From Armatimonadota bacterium (GTDB taxonomy: Bacteria; Armatimonadota; UBA5829; DTJY01), in contig OY760504.1 in NCBI GenBank assembly GCA_963663705.1, forward strand, positions 1,457,319-1,521,318: a DNA stretch of 64,000 nt. Direction: 5' to 3'. The stretch's first letter is position 1. Each line of letters begins with the position of its first letter. The translations under genes and the position numbers were made by a program. Below, one piece after another: positions 30,790 to 40,178 of the stretch. The notes beneath the pieces are model-generated. The model searched no databases. It was not told where the DNA came from and saw only the letters and a list, made by a program, of their open reading frames with translations.

Positions 30790-31216
30790 CCCCTCACCCC
30801 AACCCTCTCCCGAAATCGGGCGAGGGAGAAGTCTTATCGATATGCGTTCATACTTCACACTTTCCCCATACCAAACGATGTCATTCTGAGCGTAGCGAAT
30901 CTTCTTTCTAATGAGATCCTTTGAGGTTGATGCTTCGGTTGGAGAGTCGGAGACGCCACTGTCGAATCCTGGTAGAAATGAATCATCCCTCGATATGCCC
31001 TGCGGGCTACTCGGGATAAGCGGCACTAAAACGCGCTCGCCCAAAAGCCTGCCCTGAGCGAAGTCGAATGGGGTTGAGGCGAGGGCTTGGACTCACCATA
31101 AATGGCGAGTCTGTCATAATCGAAGCACGCTGAAGCGCGCTTATACCGGACCTCACATGTTCCAAAAAGCTTGCCTCGGCATGCTTCGTATATCAGACTG
31201 ATGCTTTAGCATCAGT
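30790..31216. repeat. Mosaic cluster: A (30790-30826), C (30879-30901), E+B (30926-31024), D REPIN (31088-31216)
   Basis: 30986-31216 inverted copy of 28091-28292; 30926-31024 inverted copy of 20924-21022. Confidence 0.92.
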
Positions 31217-31289
31217 GCCCACAAGAAAGCTTATAAGACCTGCCAACAATGTAATCCTGAGTACAGTCGAGCGATGTAGAACGAGGAAT

Positions 31290-32117
31290 TTAACCGCCAG
31301 ACCTGACTGCCGCGTCTACGGCCAGCGCCTGAATGAGAACAGACTTCAATTGATCAAGTGAAAGCATAGTGGCAGAATCAGACAGGGCCGACGCAGGATT
31401 TGGATGAACCTCGAGGAAGAGCGCGTCTATACCGACGGCGCACGCCGCCCGGGTGAGGTGCGGCACGAACTCCGGATTTCCACCCGATGCAGTTCCAAGC
31501 CCACCGGGCCGCTGAACGCTGTGGGTAGCATCGAAGACCACCGGATAGCCGAACTCGCGCATGATCGGCAGGCTTCGCATGTCAACGACGAGGTCGCCGT
31601 ATCCAAACGAGGTTCCCCGCTCGGTGAGCAGAATCTGTTCGTTGCCGACAGCCGCCGCCTTCCGCGCGATATTGCCCATATCATGCGGCGACAAAAACTG
31701 GGCTTTCTTGATATTCACCGGCTTGCCGGTCTGCGCCGCCGCCACAACGAGGTCGGTCTGACGGCACAGAAATGCCGGTATCTGCAGGATATCTGCGACT
31801 GCGGCTGCGCTCTCGACCTGACAGACTTCATGCACGTCGGTCAGCACCGGAACGCCAAGCGCCGATTTGACCTCAGATAGTATCTCCAGCCCGCCTTCGA
31901 TGCCCGGTCCCCTCGGCGATGTGACGGAGAGCCTGTTAGCTTTATCGAAAGAGGCTTTGAAGATATACGGCATGCCGAGTTCGGCGCAAATCTCCGCGAC
32001 GGCAGCCCCTATCTCAAGACAAATCTCTCTGCTCTCGATGACGCACGGTCCTGCTATCAACGCCAGAGGATTCGACCCTCCTATGCTTATATTGCCAATC
32101 TGTACTTGCCTGGTCAT
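31290..32117 (-). CDS. kdsA: KDO8P synthase
   Basis: IAGPCVIES, KASFDKANR, QIPAFLCRQTDL, FDATHSVQ; ATG 32117. Confidence 0.97.
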   Translation of the reverse strand: MTRQVQIGNISIGGSNPLALIAGPCVIESREICLEIGAAVAEICAELGMPYIFKASFDKANRLSVTSPRGPGIEGGLEILSEVKSALGVPVLTDVHEVCQVESAAAVADILQIPAFLCRQTDLVVAAAQTGKPVNIKKAQFLSPHDMGNIARKAAAVGNEQILLTERGTSFGYGDLVVDMRSLPIMREFGYPVVFDATHSVQRPGGLGTASGGNPEFVPHLTRAACAVGIDALFLEVHPNPASALSDSATMLSLDQLKSVLIQALAVDAAVRSGG

Positions 32118-32851
32118 TATCTTTCTCCTGCGCAAATCTTTCTAACCAGTGACAGGTCATCCGGAGTGTCCACGCTCATGGGGGGAGCACCTGTCCACTG
32201 AACCATCTTTATACTGTATCCATTTTCAAGAACCCTAAGCTGCTCAAGAGATTCGGCGCGTTCAAGCGGCGTAGGAGCCATCTCCGAGAGCGCTATCAGA
32301 AACTCTCGCCGATAAGCGTATATGCCGATGTGCTTCTTGGCCTGCACCTCATCAGCCGCGCGGGGGAAGGGAATCGCCGACCTCGAAAAATACAGCGCGA
32401 ACCCTCGCAGATCGATCACAACCTTGACGACCGACGGATCACACGCCTCATCGGGATGAAGGGCCGCCATCATGCTGGACATGCACACGCTCGGGTCATC
32501 GGACATGGCACGTGCAAGCATATCGATTGCGGCACAATCGAGGAGCGGTTCGTCGCCTTGAATATTAACGATGATATCCGCATCGAGCGTGCGAGCGACC
32601 TCTGCCAGGCGGTCGGTGCCGGACGTGTGCGCGTGCGATGTGAGCACTGCTCGGCCGCCGAACGACTCCACACAGCGCAGTATCTCAACATCCGGGGTCG
32701 CGACCAGAACGCTATCCAGCAGCGAAGATGCGGACGCACGGTCGTACACGTGCTGAATCATCGGCTTACCGGCGATATCGAGCAGTGGCTTGTTCGGAAG
32801 CCTCGTCGATGCCAGCCGAGCGGGTATTATGCCGACGATCTTTGTATTCAT
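32117..32851 (-). CDS. kdsB: CMP-KDO synthetase
   Basis: IPARLASTRLPNKPL, NIQGDEP, LEQLRVLENG. Confidence 0.97.
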   Translation of the reverse strand: MNTKIVGIIPARLASTRLPNKPLLDIAGKPMIQHVYDRASASSLLDSVLVATPDVEILRCVESFGGRAVLTSHAHTSGTDRLAEVARTLDADIIVNIQGDEPLLDCAAIDMLARAMSDDPSVCMSSMMAALHPDEACDPSVVKVVIDLRGFALYFSRSAIPFPRAADEVQAKKHIGIYAYRREFLIALSEMAPTPLERAESLEQLRVLENGYSIKMVQWTGAPPMSVDTPDDLSLVRKICAGER

Positions 32852-32880
32852 ACTAGTGCTTTCTCCATTTACCTATTATA

Positions 32881-33984
32881 TCAGCAGCTCAGGGCCTTAT
32901 AGTAAACAGCCAAGGAGCCGGCAACCATGCGATCTACGCAGAATTCTTCTTCAACTATGCGCCGACCAGCAGCACCCATCGACGACCTAAGCGCCGGGTC
33001 TGACAAGAGGGCGATGACCGACTGAGCGAGCGCATTCGAATCTTCTGCTGGCACCAGAAACCCGTTGATCCCGTTTCTGACCACCTCGGGCATCCCCCCG
33101 ACAGCGGCAACCACCACGGGAACCTCGGCAGCCATCGCTTGCATGACGCAGTTCGCAAGGCCCTCCATGAGCGAAGGGTGTGCGAGCACGGTGGTTATCG
33201 ACAGCATCTCAGCGACGTCATGCCTGAAACCGGCGAAGATCACTCTGTCCTGAATTCGCAGTGAGGCAGCCATCTTCCGCAACTCCGAATCAAGCCGTCC
33301 CTTTCCGAGCACCAGAAAAACCGTATCAGGGAATGCCGCAAGTATCGCCGGAGCGGCGCCGAACAGATATCTGTGCCCCTTGATATGTATGAGCTGGCCT
33401 ATCACTGTGACGACATTCGTGCGCTCACCGATGCCGAATTCGGCCCTGACAGTCGACTCGGCGCCCGTCACCTGATACCGTTTGGCATCGATAACGCTGT
33501 GCACGCAGGTGACCTTGTCCTGATCGATGCCGCCCTGCATGAGGACGTTCTTGATGCCGTTAGACACAGCTATGATCTCATCGCACAGCGGGCCGAACTT
33601 GAGTTGAGATGCCAGCCCTCGCCGCACTGGATTGGTGACACGGCGGGAGAGTATCACGGCAGGGACACGCGCGAGGCGGGCGGCGACACTCCCCATGGTA
33701 TCCGCCCCTCGCCTGCTGTGTATGTGAACGATATCCGGCTTAAACCGCCTTATTATCGTATACAGTCTTGGGATGAAGCTCAGATCGAACTCGGAGCCCA
33801 GCGGGACAGGATCGACCGCCAGTCCGATTGAGCCGGCATATTGTGACAAACCGCTCCCTTGTGGGCTCACCAGCAGGGCCTCATGCCCACGTGCCACAAG
33901 CCCCTCCATCAGATACGCCACCTGCATTGGGCCGCCGACGAGGTTCATGCCCGTCTCAACATGTAATGTCCGAAGCATCTGCAA
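32881..33984 (-). CDS. GT4-family glycosyltransferase
   Basis: PSLMEGLANCVMQAMA..VGGMPEVV GT-B signature. Confidence 0.9.
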   Translation of the reverse strand: MQMLRTLHVETGMNLVGGPMQVAYLMEGLVARGHEALLVSPQGSGLSQYAGSIGLAVDPVPLGSEFDLSFIPRLYTIIRRFKPDIVHIHSRRGADTMGSVAARLARVPAVILSRRVTNPVRRGLASQLKFGPLCDEIIAVSNGIKNVLMQGGIDQDKVTCVHSVIDAKRYQVTGAESTVRAEFGIGERTNVVTVIGQLIHIKGHRYLFGAAPAILAAFPDTVFLVLGKGRLDSELRKMAASLRIQDRVIFAGFRHDVAEMLSITTVLAHPSLMEGLANCVMQAMAAEVPVVVAAVGGMPEVVRNGINGFLVPAEDSNALAQSVIALLSDPALRSSMGAAGRRIVEEEFCVDRMVAGSLAVYYKALSC

Positions 33985-34030
33985 AATCAGTGTGTCCTTT
34001 TGCCCCTCGAAATACTCGGGACGGCGGTCA

Positions 34031-35146
34031 TCAGAATTTACGGGGTTTGCCTATCATGCTCATGGCGAGTTCCCAGAAACCTTTTTCATCGTCGAGTTCC
34101 ATATCTATGCGGAGGGAGGCAACCGGAACAGCGAAGGCTCGACCTTGGAGCTTGACGGCGTCCTTCTCTGTGGTCATGATCAGGTCCGCGCCGCACTCGA
34201 CGGCGCGTGCGCTGATTCGGGTGATATCCGCATCATCATAGATATGGTGATCAGGCAGGTAGTCCGTACCCGCAATAGTTGCGCCCGCTATCGAGAGCGT
34301 CTGCTCAAACGACGACGGGTTGGCGACAGACGAGATCGCAAAAATCTTTGTGTCTCGCAATTCGGCCAAATCGGTGGATTGTCCGTCATCCAGCAGAGTT
34401 ATACGGGAAGGCTTGAATCGCCCGAAATAAATCGGCGCACATGTGATCTTCCGTATCTGCTCTATCGATTCAGTTTTCGAGGCCGGTTCCCCTGAACATG
34501 TGAGAATCACGCAGTCCGCCCTGCGCATCGCTGATGGTGTCTCCCGGAGCCGACCGGCCGGAAGAGTTCGCCCATTATCGAAAGGGGTTTCCGCGTTCGC
34601 CAGGACGACGTCGAAATCGCGATGGAGCTTCCAGACCTGGAACCCGTCATCGAGGAGGAGCACATCCGCACGGTGATCATCGATGGCGGTGCACCCGCTC
34701 ACGTACCGATCACGGCCGACCAAAACCGGTATCCCCGGCATCGTACAGGCGAGCATGACAGGCTCGTCACCCGCGGCATCCGGGGTCAGTATCACGCTGG
34801 ATGAATCCGCCACCACACCGAACGCGCCGTTAAGCGAGCCGCCATATCCATAGCTCAACACGGCCGGATGCTTCTGCCGATCTGCAAGACCCTGACAGAT
34901 ATATCGGACGGCGGTTGTTTTTCCCGTGCCGCCGACGGTAAGATTGCCAACGCTGATCACAGGGTGATCGAGCACTCGCCTGCGCCGCAGCCCAAGCTTG
35001 AACTGGGCGAGATATAGACCTACGCTCGCCTGGTATAGCCCCGAGAGCATGACCAGCATGCCTCTTGCCCCAAGCGACACAACGTCTTTGCGCCCGCCAT
35101 AGATCACTGATTCTAAAATTTTCACCAAGGCCGGACTAGGCGGCAT
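34031..35146 (-). CDS. lpxK: Tetraacyldisaccharide 4'-kinase
   Basis: VISVGNLTVGGTGKT, GDEP, LDDGFQ, TTEKDAVKL. Confidence 0.96.
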   Translation of the reverse strand: MPPSPALVKILESVIYGGRKDVVSLGARGMLVMLSGLYQASVGLYLAQFKLGLRRRRVLDHPVISVGNLTVGGTGKTTAVRYICQGLADRQKHPAVLSYGYGGSLNGAFGVVADSSSVILTPDAAGDEPVMLACTMPGIPVLVGRDRYVSGCTAIDDHRADVLLLDDGFQVWKLHRDFDVVLANAETPFDNGRTLPAGRLRETPSAMRRADCVILTCSGEPASKTESIEQIRKITCAPIYFGRFKPSRITLLDDGQSTDLAELRDTKIFAISSVANPSSFEQTLSIAGATIAGTDYLPDHHIYDDADITRISARAVECGADLIMTTEKDAVKLQGRAFAVPVASLRIDMELDDEKGFWELAMSMIGKPRKF

Positions 35147-36431
35147 GTTCGATCTCCATCCGTTCGCCCATTAACTCCATGATCGTGCAGGCACACCGCG
35201 CCGACGCTCCCCGATTCTCGCGTACCAGCCTCACGCATGCAGACTCGATTTCCGCACGCCAACGCTCATCTGCGAGGAGTGTCGCGGCAGTGGCAGCAAG
35301 ATCATGCACGCCGTTCACTGTGAAGCCTACGCCTGCATCGATCGCCATCTGCGCAATGGTTCGTGTCTTGAAAGTATGCGGTCCGAAAAGCACCGGTTTC
35401 CCATGTATGATCGGCTGAATAATACTGTGACCGCCCTTTCGGACCAGCGTGCCACCGACAAACGCAATCTCACCGATCGCATATACCGAGGCCAGCTCGC
35501 CATAGGTGTCGAGTATCAGCACATCCCAGTCGCGTATGCCAATTGAACGCCGAGCACATGAATAACCGCACGACTCTACCAGCGCATGGATATCGCCGAC
35601 ACGCTCCATCTGCCGCGGCGCCAGAATCAGGCGAATGTCAGCCGAATTCCGTCGCAACGTACGAAACGCGGCAAGCAGGATCTCTTCTTCGCCGGGATTT
35701 GTGCTGCCCGCAACGATCGCGCGCGCTGCGTCGCTCAAGCCGAGGTCGTCACGCAAAGCACGGATCGCGGTCGGAGGCAGTGCGCCGTCTTCCGCATCAA
35801 ACTTGGTGCTCCCGACAACGCTCACCGAGTGCGCCCCGAACGCCCGAAGTCTCTGCATATCGAGCTCCGTCTGCGCGCAGCAGCGGTCGATATTCGACAC
35901 GGCCCACGATATGAGCCATCGCCATTTTGAGCTGCGTTTGAAGCTCGAGTCGGAAAAACGCCCGTTGATCAGGACGGTGGGAATGCGTCTGCGCTTAACA
36001 GCGGCCAGCAGGTTCGGCCATATCTCCGATTCCACCATGACAAAGACATCCGGCCGCACCCGATTCAGCGCCCGATTCACAAACGGCAGATAATCAAGTG
36101 GAAGATATCCGATCTCGTCCGCCGACGCGCAGACTTTCCGTGCGACTGCATTACCGGTCTGAGTTATGGTTGTGACTAAAATCATCGCTTCGGGAATGAG
36201 CCGCCTAAGTTCGTCCTGAACCGGAAGCGAGGCCACGACCTCGCCGACTGACGCCGCATGTATCCAAATCAGCTTCACGCCGTCCCGACGGGCCGCCATG
36301 TTCGGCAGCGCGCCGAAGTTGTGCCGCCACGACTCGTTCGCTTTTCGAGCGATGAATATGCGCCAGAGATAGTAGACAGCGGCAACAGGTAGCGTCAATA
36401 TCAACAGTAGGTTGTATAAAAAACTCGCCAA
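35136..36431 (-). CDS. waaA: KDO transferase
   Basis: IWIHAASVGEV, ESEIWPNL, LDTYGEL, FVGGTL..GGH. Confidence 0.95.
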   Translation of the reverse strand: MASFLYNLLLILTLPVAAVYYLWRIFIARKANESWRHNFGALPNMAARRDGVKLIWIHAASVGEVVASLPVQDELRRLIPEAMILVTTITQTGNAVARKVCASADEIGYLPLDYLPFVNRALNRVRPDVFVMVESEIWPNLLAAVKRRRIPTVLINGRFSDSSFKRSSKWRWLISWAVSNIDRCCAQTELDMQRLRAFGAHSVSVVGSTKFDAEDGALPPTAIRALRDDLGLSDAARAIVAGSTNPGEEEILLAAFRTLRRNSADIRLILAPRQMERVGDIHALVESCGYSCARRSIGIRDWDVLILDTYGELASVYAIGEIAFVGGTLVRKGGHSIIQPIIHGKPVLFGPHTFKTRTIAQMAIDAGVGFTVNGVHDLAATAATLLADERWRAEIESACVRLVRENRGASARCACTIMELMGERMEIEHAA

Positions 36432-36435
36432 AGAT

Positions 36436-37116
36436 CTAATTACCCTCCCCGGCCAAATTCTCTGCAGCGCGCTGAATATCGTTTATGGCGGCCTCGACTA
36501 CCTCCGCCGCCTCGCGCGAATCGGATATCCCGGCAAGACTGATCGGTGTGCCAAAGACTATCGCGCTCCTCGAAAAAGGGTTTGGAATGGCGTAACTGTC
36601 CCACGTTCCGATCAGCCGCCGTGATTTCAAGCCAACTCCGATAGGGACAATCCGGCAGTTCGAGCGCTGAGCCAGAAAAACTATGCCATCCTGAACCTTA
36701 TGCACGGGGCCAAGCGGACCATCCGGCGTTATCGAGAGGATTCCACCGGCCTCCAGTTCGCGGCACGCCGTGAGCGCGGCTTTCATCCCGCCGAGACGTG
36801 ATGAGCCCCTGATTATCCTGCAGCCGAATCTGCGCACGATACGGGTCTGCAGTTCGCCATCCCTCGAAAGCGACGTTATCGCAAGTATACCCATATTGCG
36901 GCAATAGTATATCGGCAGGAGTGTGCGCCCGTGCCACAGCGCCATGATAAAGCCCTGCCCCGAATCAATCAGGGCCTGCACGTTTTCAAAGCCGATCACC
37001 TGCATCCGGCTGGTGCGTCCGATCAGACTGACCAGGCCCCATGCAGCAAACGAGATCAGCCTGAGCTTGATCTCCTCTAAAATTGATATCTCTCCGTAGC
37101 CACGCTTGCCGGTCAC
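36436..37116 (-). CDS. DUF374 lysophospholipid acyltransferase (LpxJ-like)
   Basis: ALWHG, SLSRDGE, IRGSS, ITPDGPLGP. Confidence 0.88.
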   Translation of the reverse strand: MTGKRGYGEISILEEIKLRLISFAAWGLVSLIGRTSRMQVIGFENVQALIDSGQGFIMALWHGRTLLPIYYCRNMGILAITSLSRDGELQTRIVRRFGCRIIRGSSRLGGMKAALTACRELEAGGILSITPDGPLGPVHKVQDGIVFLAQRSNCRIVPIGVGLKSRRLIGTWDSYAIPNPFSRSAIVFGTPISLAGISDSREAAEVVEAAINDIQRAAENLAGEGN

Positions 37117-38879
37117 TGTACGATACCGCCCTTGCTCTGGACCGCATAAAGCTCGGAATAAAGGCCACCGCTTGCCAGCAGTTCAGCATGACTTCCACAT
37201 TCGACTATACGGCCATGATCCAGCACCAGTATTTTGTCGGCGTTCACCACCGTAGACAACCTGTGAGCGATAACGATTGTCGTCCTGCCGGCCATAAGCC
37301 GCTCCAACGCCTCCTGAACTACAGCCTCCGATGCCACGTCAAGCGAGGAAGTCGCCTCGTCCAGAATCAGTATGCGAGGGTTCTTCAGCAGTGCCCGTGC
37401 GATCGCCACGCGCTGACGCTCCCCACCTGAGAGCCTTACCCCTCGCTCACCTACTAGTGTATCATATCCGTCGCATAATTTCTGTATAAAGTCATGCGCA
37501 TTTGCCGCACGCGCCGCATCGATCACTTCGGCGTCGGTCGCATCCAGGCGCCCGTACAGGATGTTCTCTTTGATAGTGGAGCTGAACAGCATCGTCTCCT
37601 GCGGCACGATCGCTATCCGGTGGCGCAGGGATTCCATGGTCATATCCCGGACGTCCCGACCGTCGACCAGGACCGCCCCACCCGCGACGTCGTAAAAGCG
37701 TGGGATCAGATTCGCGATCGTCGATTTGCCCGAACCGCTCGGTCCGACGAGCGCAATCTGCGCGCCTGCGTCGGCGGCAAACGATATATCATCAAGCACC
37801 GGGTTCGCGGCATTGTAGGCGAATGACACGTCGTTGAACTCTATCCGCCCGAGGATGTTCGGCACCGCGACGGCATCCGGCAAATCGCGGACTTCCGGGA
37901 CCTCGTCCAGCACATCGAAGATTCGCTGCGCACCGGCCATCGTCTGATGGTAGGTCACGCTGATCCCGGCGATACTTTTGACGGCGCTCGCGATGCGTTC
38001 AAGTCCAAACAGGAAGCCTAGAAGACTTGCGCTGGTGAAGCCAGGCATCGCATCACGTGCCACCATGTTGCCGCCATACCACAACACGAAAGCAATCCCC
38101 GCTATGCCGACTACCTCGATGCTGGGCGACATGGCTGCACTACGCCGAATCGATCGCATCGCGGCGTTGTAGCTCCTCCGGTTTTCGTCTGCAAAACGTG
38201 ATTTCTCGTAGTTCTCCATGCCGAACGACTTCACTATGCGGACCGCGGAAAGCGTTTCCTGCACTATCGCGGCGATATCGGCGAGCCGGACCTGCAACTG
38301 CTGAGTGAGCCCACGCATGCCTCTGCCGATCTTCGTGATCGTGAAGGACATGAAGGGCAGGATAGTCAGTGAAATAAGTGCAAGTTTCCAGTTCCAGTAG
38401 AAGATCAGACACATGGAGCCGATTATTATTAGAGGCGCAGACACGAGTTGCGTCACCTGCGATGCCGAGTTCTGGATAAGGCCGATATCGTTTGTCATAC
38501 GTGACATCAGGTGGCCGATCTTCGTCCGCTCGAAGTAGCTGAGGGACAGGCTCTGCAGGTGGGAATAAAGTTCGTCGCGTAGTCGGACGGCGATCTTCTG
38601 AGTGGCGGATGAGATGAAGTACGTCTGCCCGTAGGTGAAGACCCACTTGACGAGATGTATGCCGACGATCAGGAGAGCGATTCTGTTCAGCGCGCCAGGG
38701 TTCTTGTCGATCGCGGCTTTGACGATGTTGCTCATCAGCCATACGAAGAAGACCTCGATGCCTGCCGCGCATGCGGTGCACACTAGGCCAATGGCGAAGA
38801 GTCGCCAGCATGGCGCGAAGTAGCCAAGCAAGCGCTTCTCAGCACCATCGATATGATTTTCACGCCTTGTTTCTGCCAT
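37113..38879 (-). CDS. msbA: Lipid A flippase ABC transporter
   Basis: TMD+NBD, GPSGSGKST, LSGGERQR, ILDEATS; within lpx cluster. Confidence 0.88.
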   Translation of the reverse strand: MAETRRENHIDGAEKRLLGYFAPCWRLFAIGLVCTACAAGIEVFFVWLMSNIVKAAIDKNPGALNRIALLIVGIHLVKWVFTYGQTYFISSATQKIAVRLRDELYSHLQSLSLSYFERTKIGHLMSRMTNDIGLIQNSASQVTQLVSAPLIIIGSMCLIFYWNWKLALISLTILPFMSFTITKIGRGMRGLTQQLQVRLADIAAIVQETLSAVRIVKSFGMENYEKSRFADENRRSYNAAMRSIRRSAAMSPSIEVVGIAGIAFVLWYGGNMVARDAMPGFTSASLLGFLFGLERIASAVKSIAGISVTYHQTMAGAQRIFDVLDEVPEVRDLPDAVAVPNILGRIEFNDVSFAYNAANPVLDDISFAADAGAQIALVGPSGSGKSTIANLIPRFYDVAGGAVLVDGRDVRDMTMESLRHRIAIVPQETMLFSSTIKENILYGRLDATDAEVIDAARAANAHDFIQKLCDGYDTLVGERGVRLSGGERQRVAIARALLKNPRILILDEATSSLDVASEAVVQEALERLMAGRTTIVIAHRLSTVVNADKILVLDHGRIVECGSHAELLASGGLYSELYAVQSKGGIVQ

Positions 38880-38885
38880 GATATC

Positions 38886-40178
38886 CTACGCGCCGACTGC
38901 CGGTAGATTCACGCCCAGCATATCGAGTACAGCCATCGCAGTCTTTCGAACGGCCCCGGGAGTTCCGAGCAACCGCCGAACTTCGTCCAAACCGTGTATC
39001 ATCTCAGAACGCTCGTTTGAATCCGGGATGAGCGCCGATATCTCGCCATAGATACGCGTCGGATTCGCGTCCTCAGCCCTGAGTTCCGGGCAGAGCATCC
39101 GGTCGAGCATTATGTTCGGCATCCCGATATACTTTATGTTTCTACCCAAAAGCCTGTACTCGAAAGTCATCATTCGACTTCCCCTGTAGACTATGACCAT
39201 TGGGCAGCCGAGGATCGCTGCTTCGACGGTCGCGGTACCGGACGACACGATTGCCGCGCGGGAATGGGCGAGCACATCGTATGCCATACCGGGGAGCAGT
39301 TTGACGTGGACCTTCGACGGAGGCGCCGTAAAGCGGTCTTCCCTCGACTGTTCGGCTATCACGGACGACAGTGGCAACCTCGATACTTTGTCAAAATTTG
39401 AATGTGCGCGTGGGCAGTATGATTGCGATTGTATCCACGGCACGCGGGCCAGTTCGCGCTCAATAGCATCCGCATTCAGCGATGACGCGAGCGGCACGGC
39501 GAACTGAAGGTCGGGCGAAGTCTGTATGAGTCGAGCGGCGGATATCAGCAGAGCCGGAAGAATGTGCAACAGCTCCTGGTTTCGGCTGCCGGGGAGCAGT
39601 CCGATTATCGGCCGGTCGGGGTCGAACTCGAAGCGGCGGCAGAACTCGTCGCGAGCCATGCCGGGCTGAACGACGTCCAGCAGAGGATGTCCGAAGAAAT
39701 CCGCGGAGAAGCCTTGATTGGAAAGGCTTTCGGCAGACCACGGAAAGGGAGTAACCACTCGATCGGCAACGTCCCTGAGCCGTGAATAATCTGCGCTTCT
39801 TTTCCAGGAACCCGGCGGGAAGTAGTACATCACCGGAACGCCCCTGGCATGAAGGTACGTGCCAAGGCGAAGGTTAAACGCCCCAAAATCCACAAGCACA
39901 ACAAGATCAGGCGGGCAGCTTCCCAGTTGCTTTTTGAGCTTACCCTGAGCACGCAGCAGAGCAGGGACAAGCTTAAGTGCCTCCGCGATGCCGATTGCGC
40001 TCCAGGACGAGCTGTCATGCAGCAGGCGAACTCCAGCTTCACGCATCCTTCGACCGCCGACTCCCGAGATATCTATACCAGGATAGATGTCCTTGAGACT
40101 GGCGGCAAGACATGCGCCGTGGAGATCGCCCGAAGCTTCTCCGGTGATTATTGCTACACTCGGAACATTAGAACTCAT
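38886..40178 (-). CDS. lpxB: Lipid-A-disaccharide synthase
   Basis: GEASGDLHG, GHPLLD, LLPGSR, SGTATVE. Confidence 0.96.
   Translation of the reverse strand: MSSNVPSVAIITGEASGDLHGACLAASLKDIYPGIDISGVGGRRMREAGVRLLHDSSSWSAIGIAEALKLVPALLRAQGKLKKQLGSCPPDLVVLVDFGAFNLRLGTYLHARGVPVMYYFPPGSWKRSADYSRLRDVADRVVTPFPWSAESLSNQGFSADFFGHPLLDVVQPGMARDEFCRRFEFDPDRPIIGLLPGSRNQELLHILPALLISAARLIQTSPDLQFAVPLASSLNADAIERELARVPWIQSQSYCPRAHSNFDKVSRLPLSSVIAEQSREDRFTAPPSKVHVKLLPGMAYDVLAHSRAAIVSSGTATVEAAILGCPMVIVYRGSRMMTFEYRLLGRNIKYIGMPNIMLDRMLCPELRAEDANPTRIYGEISALIPDSNERSEMIHGLDEVRRLLGTPGAVRKTAMAVLDMLGVNLPAVGA

Noticed and set aside
4190-31216. CRISPR array interpretation of the recurring repeats
   Set aside because: Copies are dispersed, degenerate and in both orientations, with no regular repeat-spacer period and no cas genes
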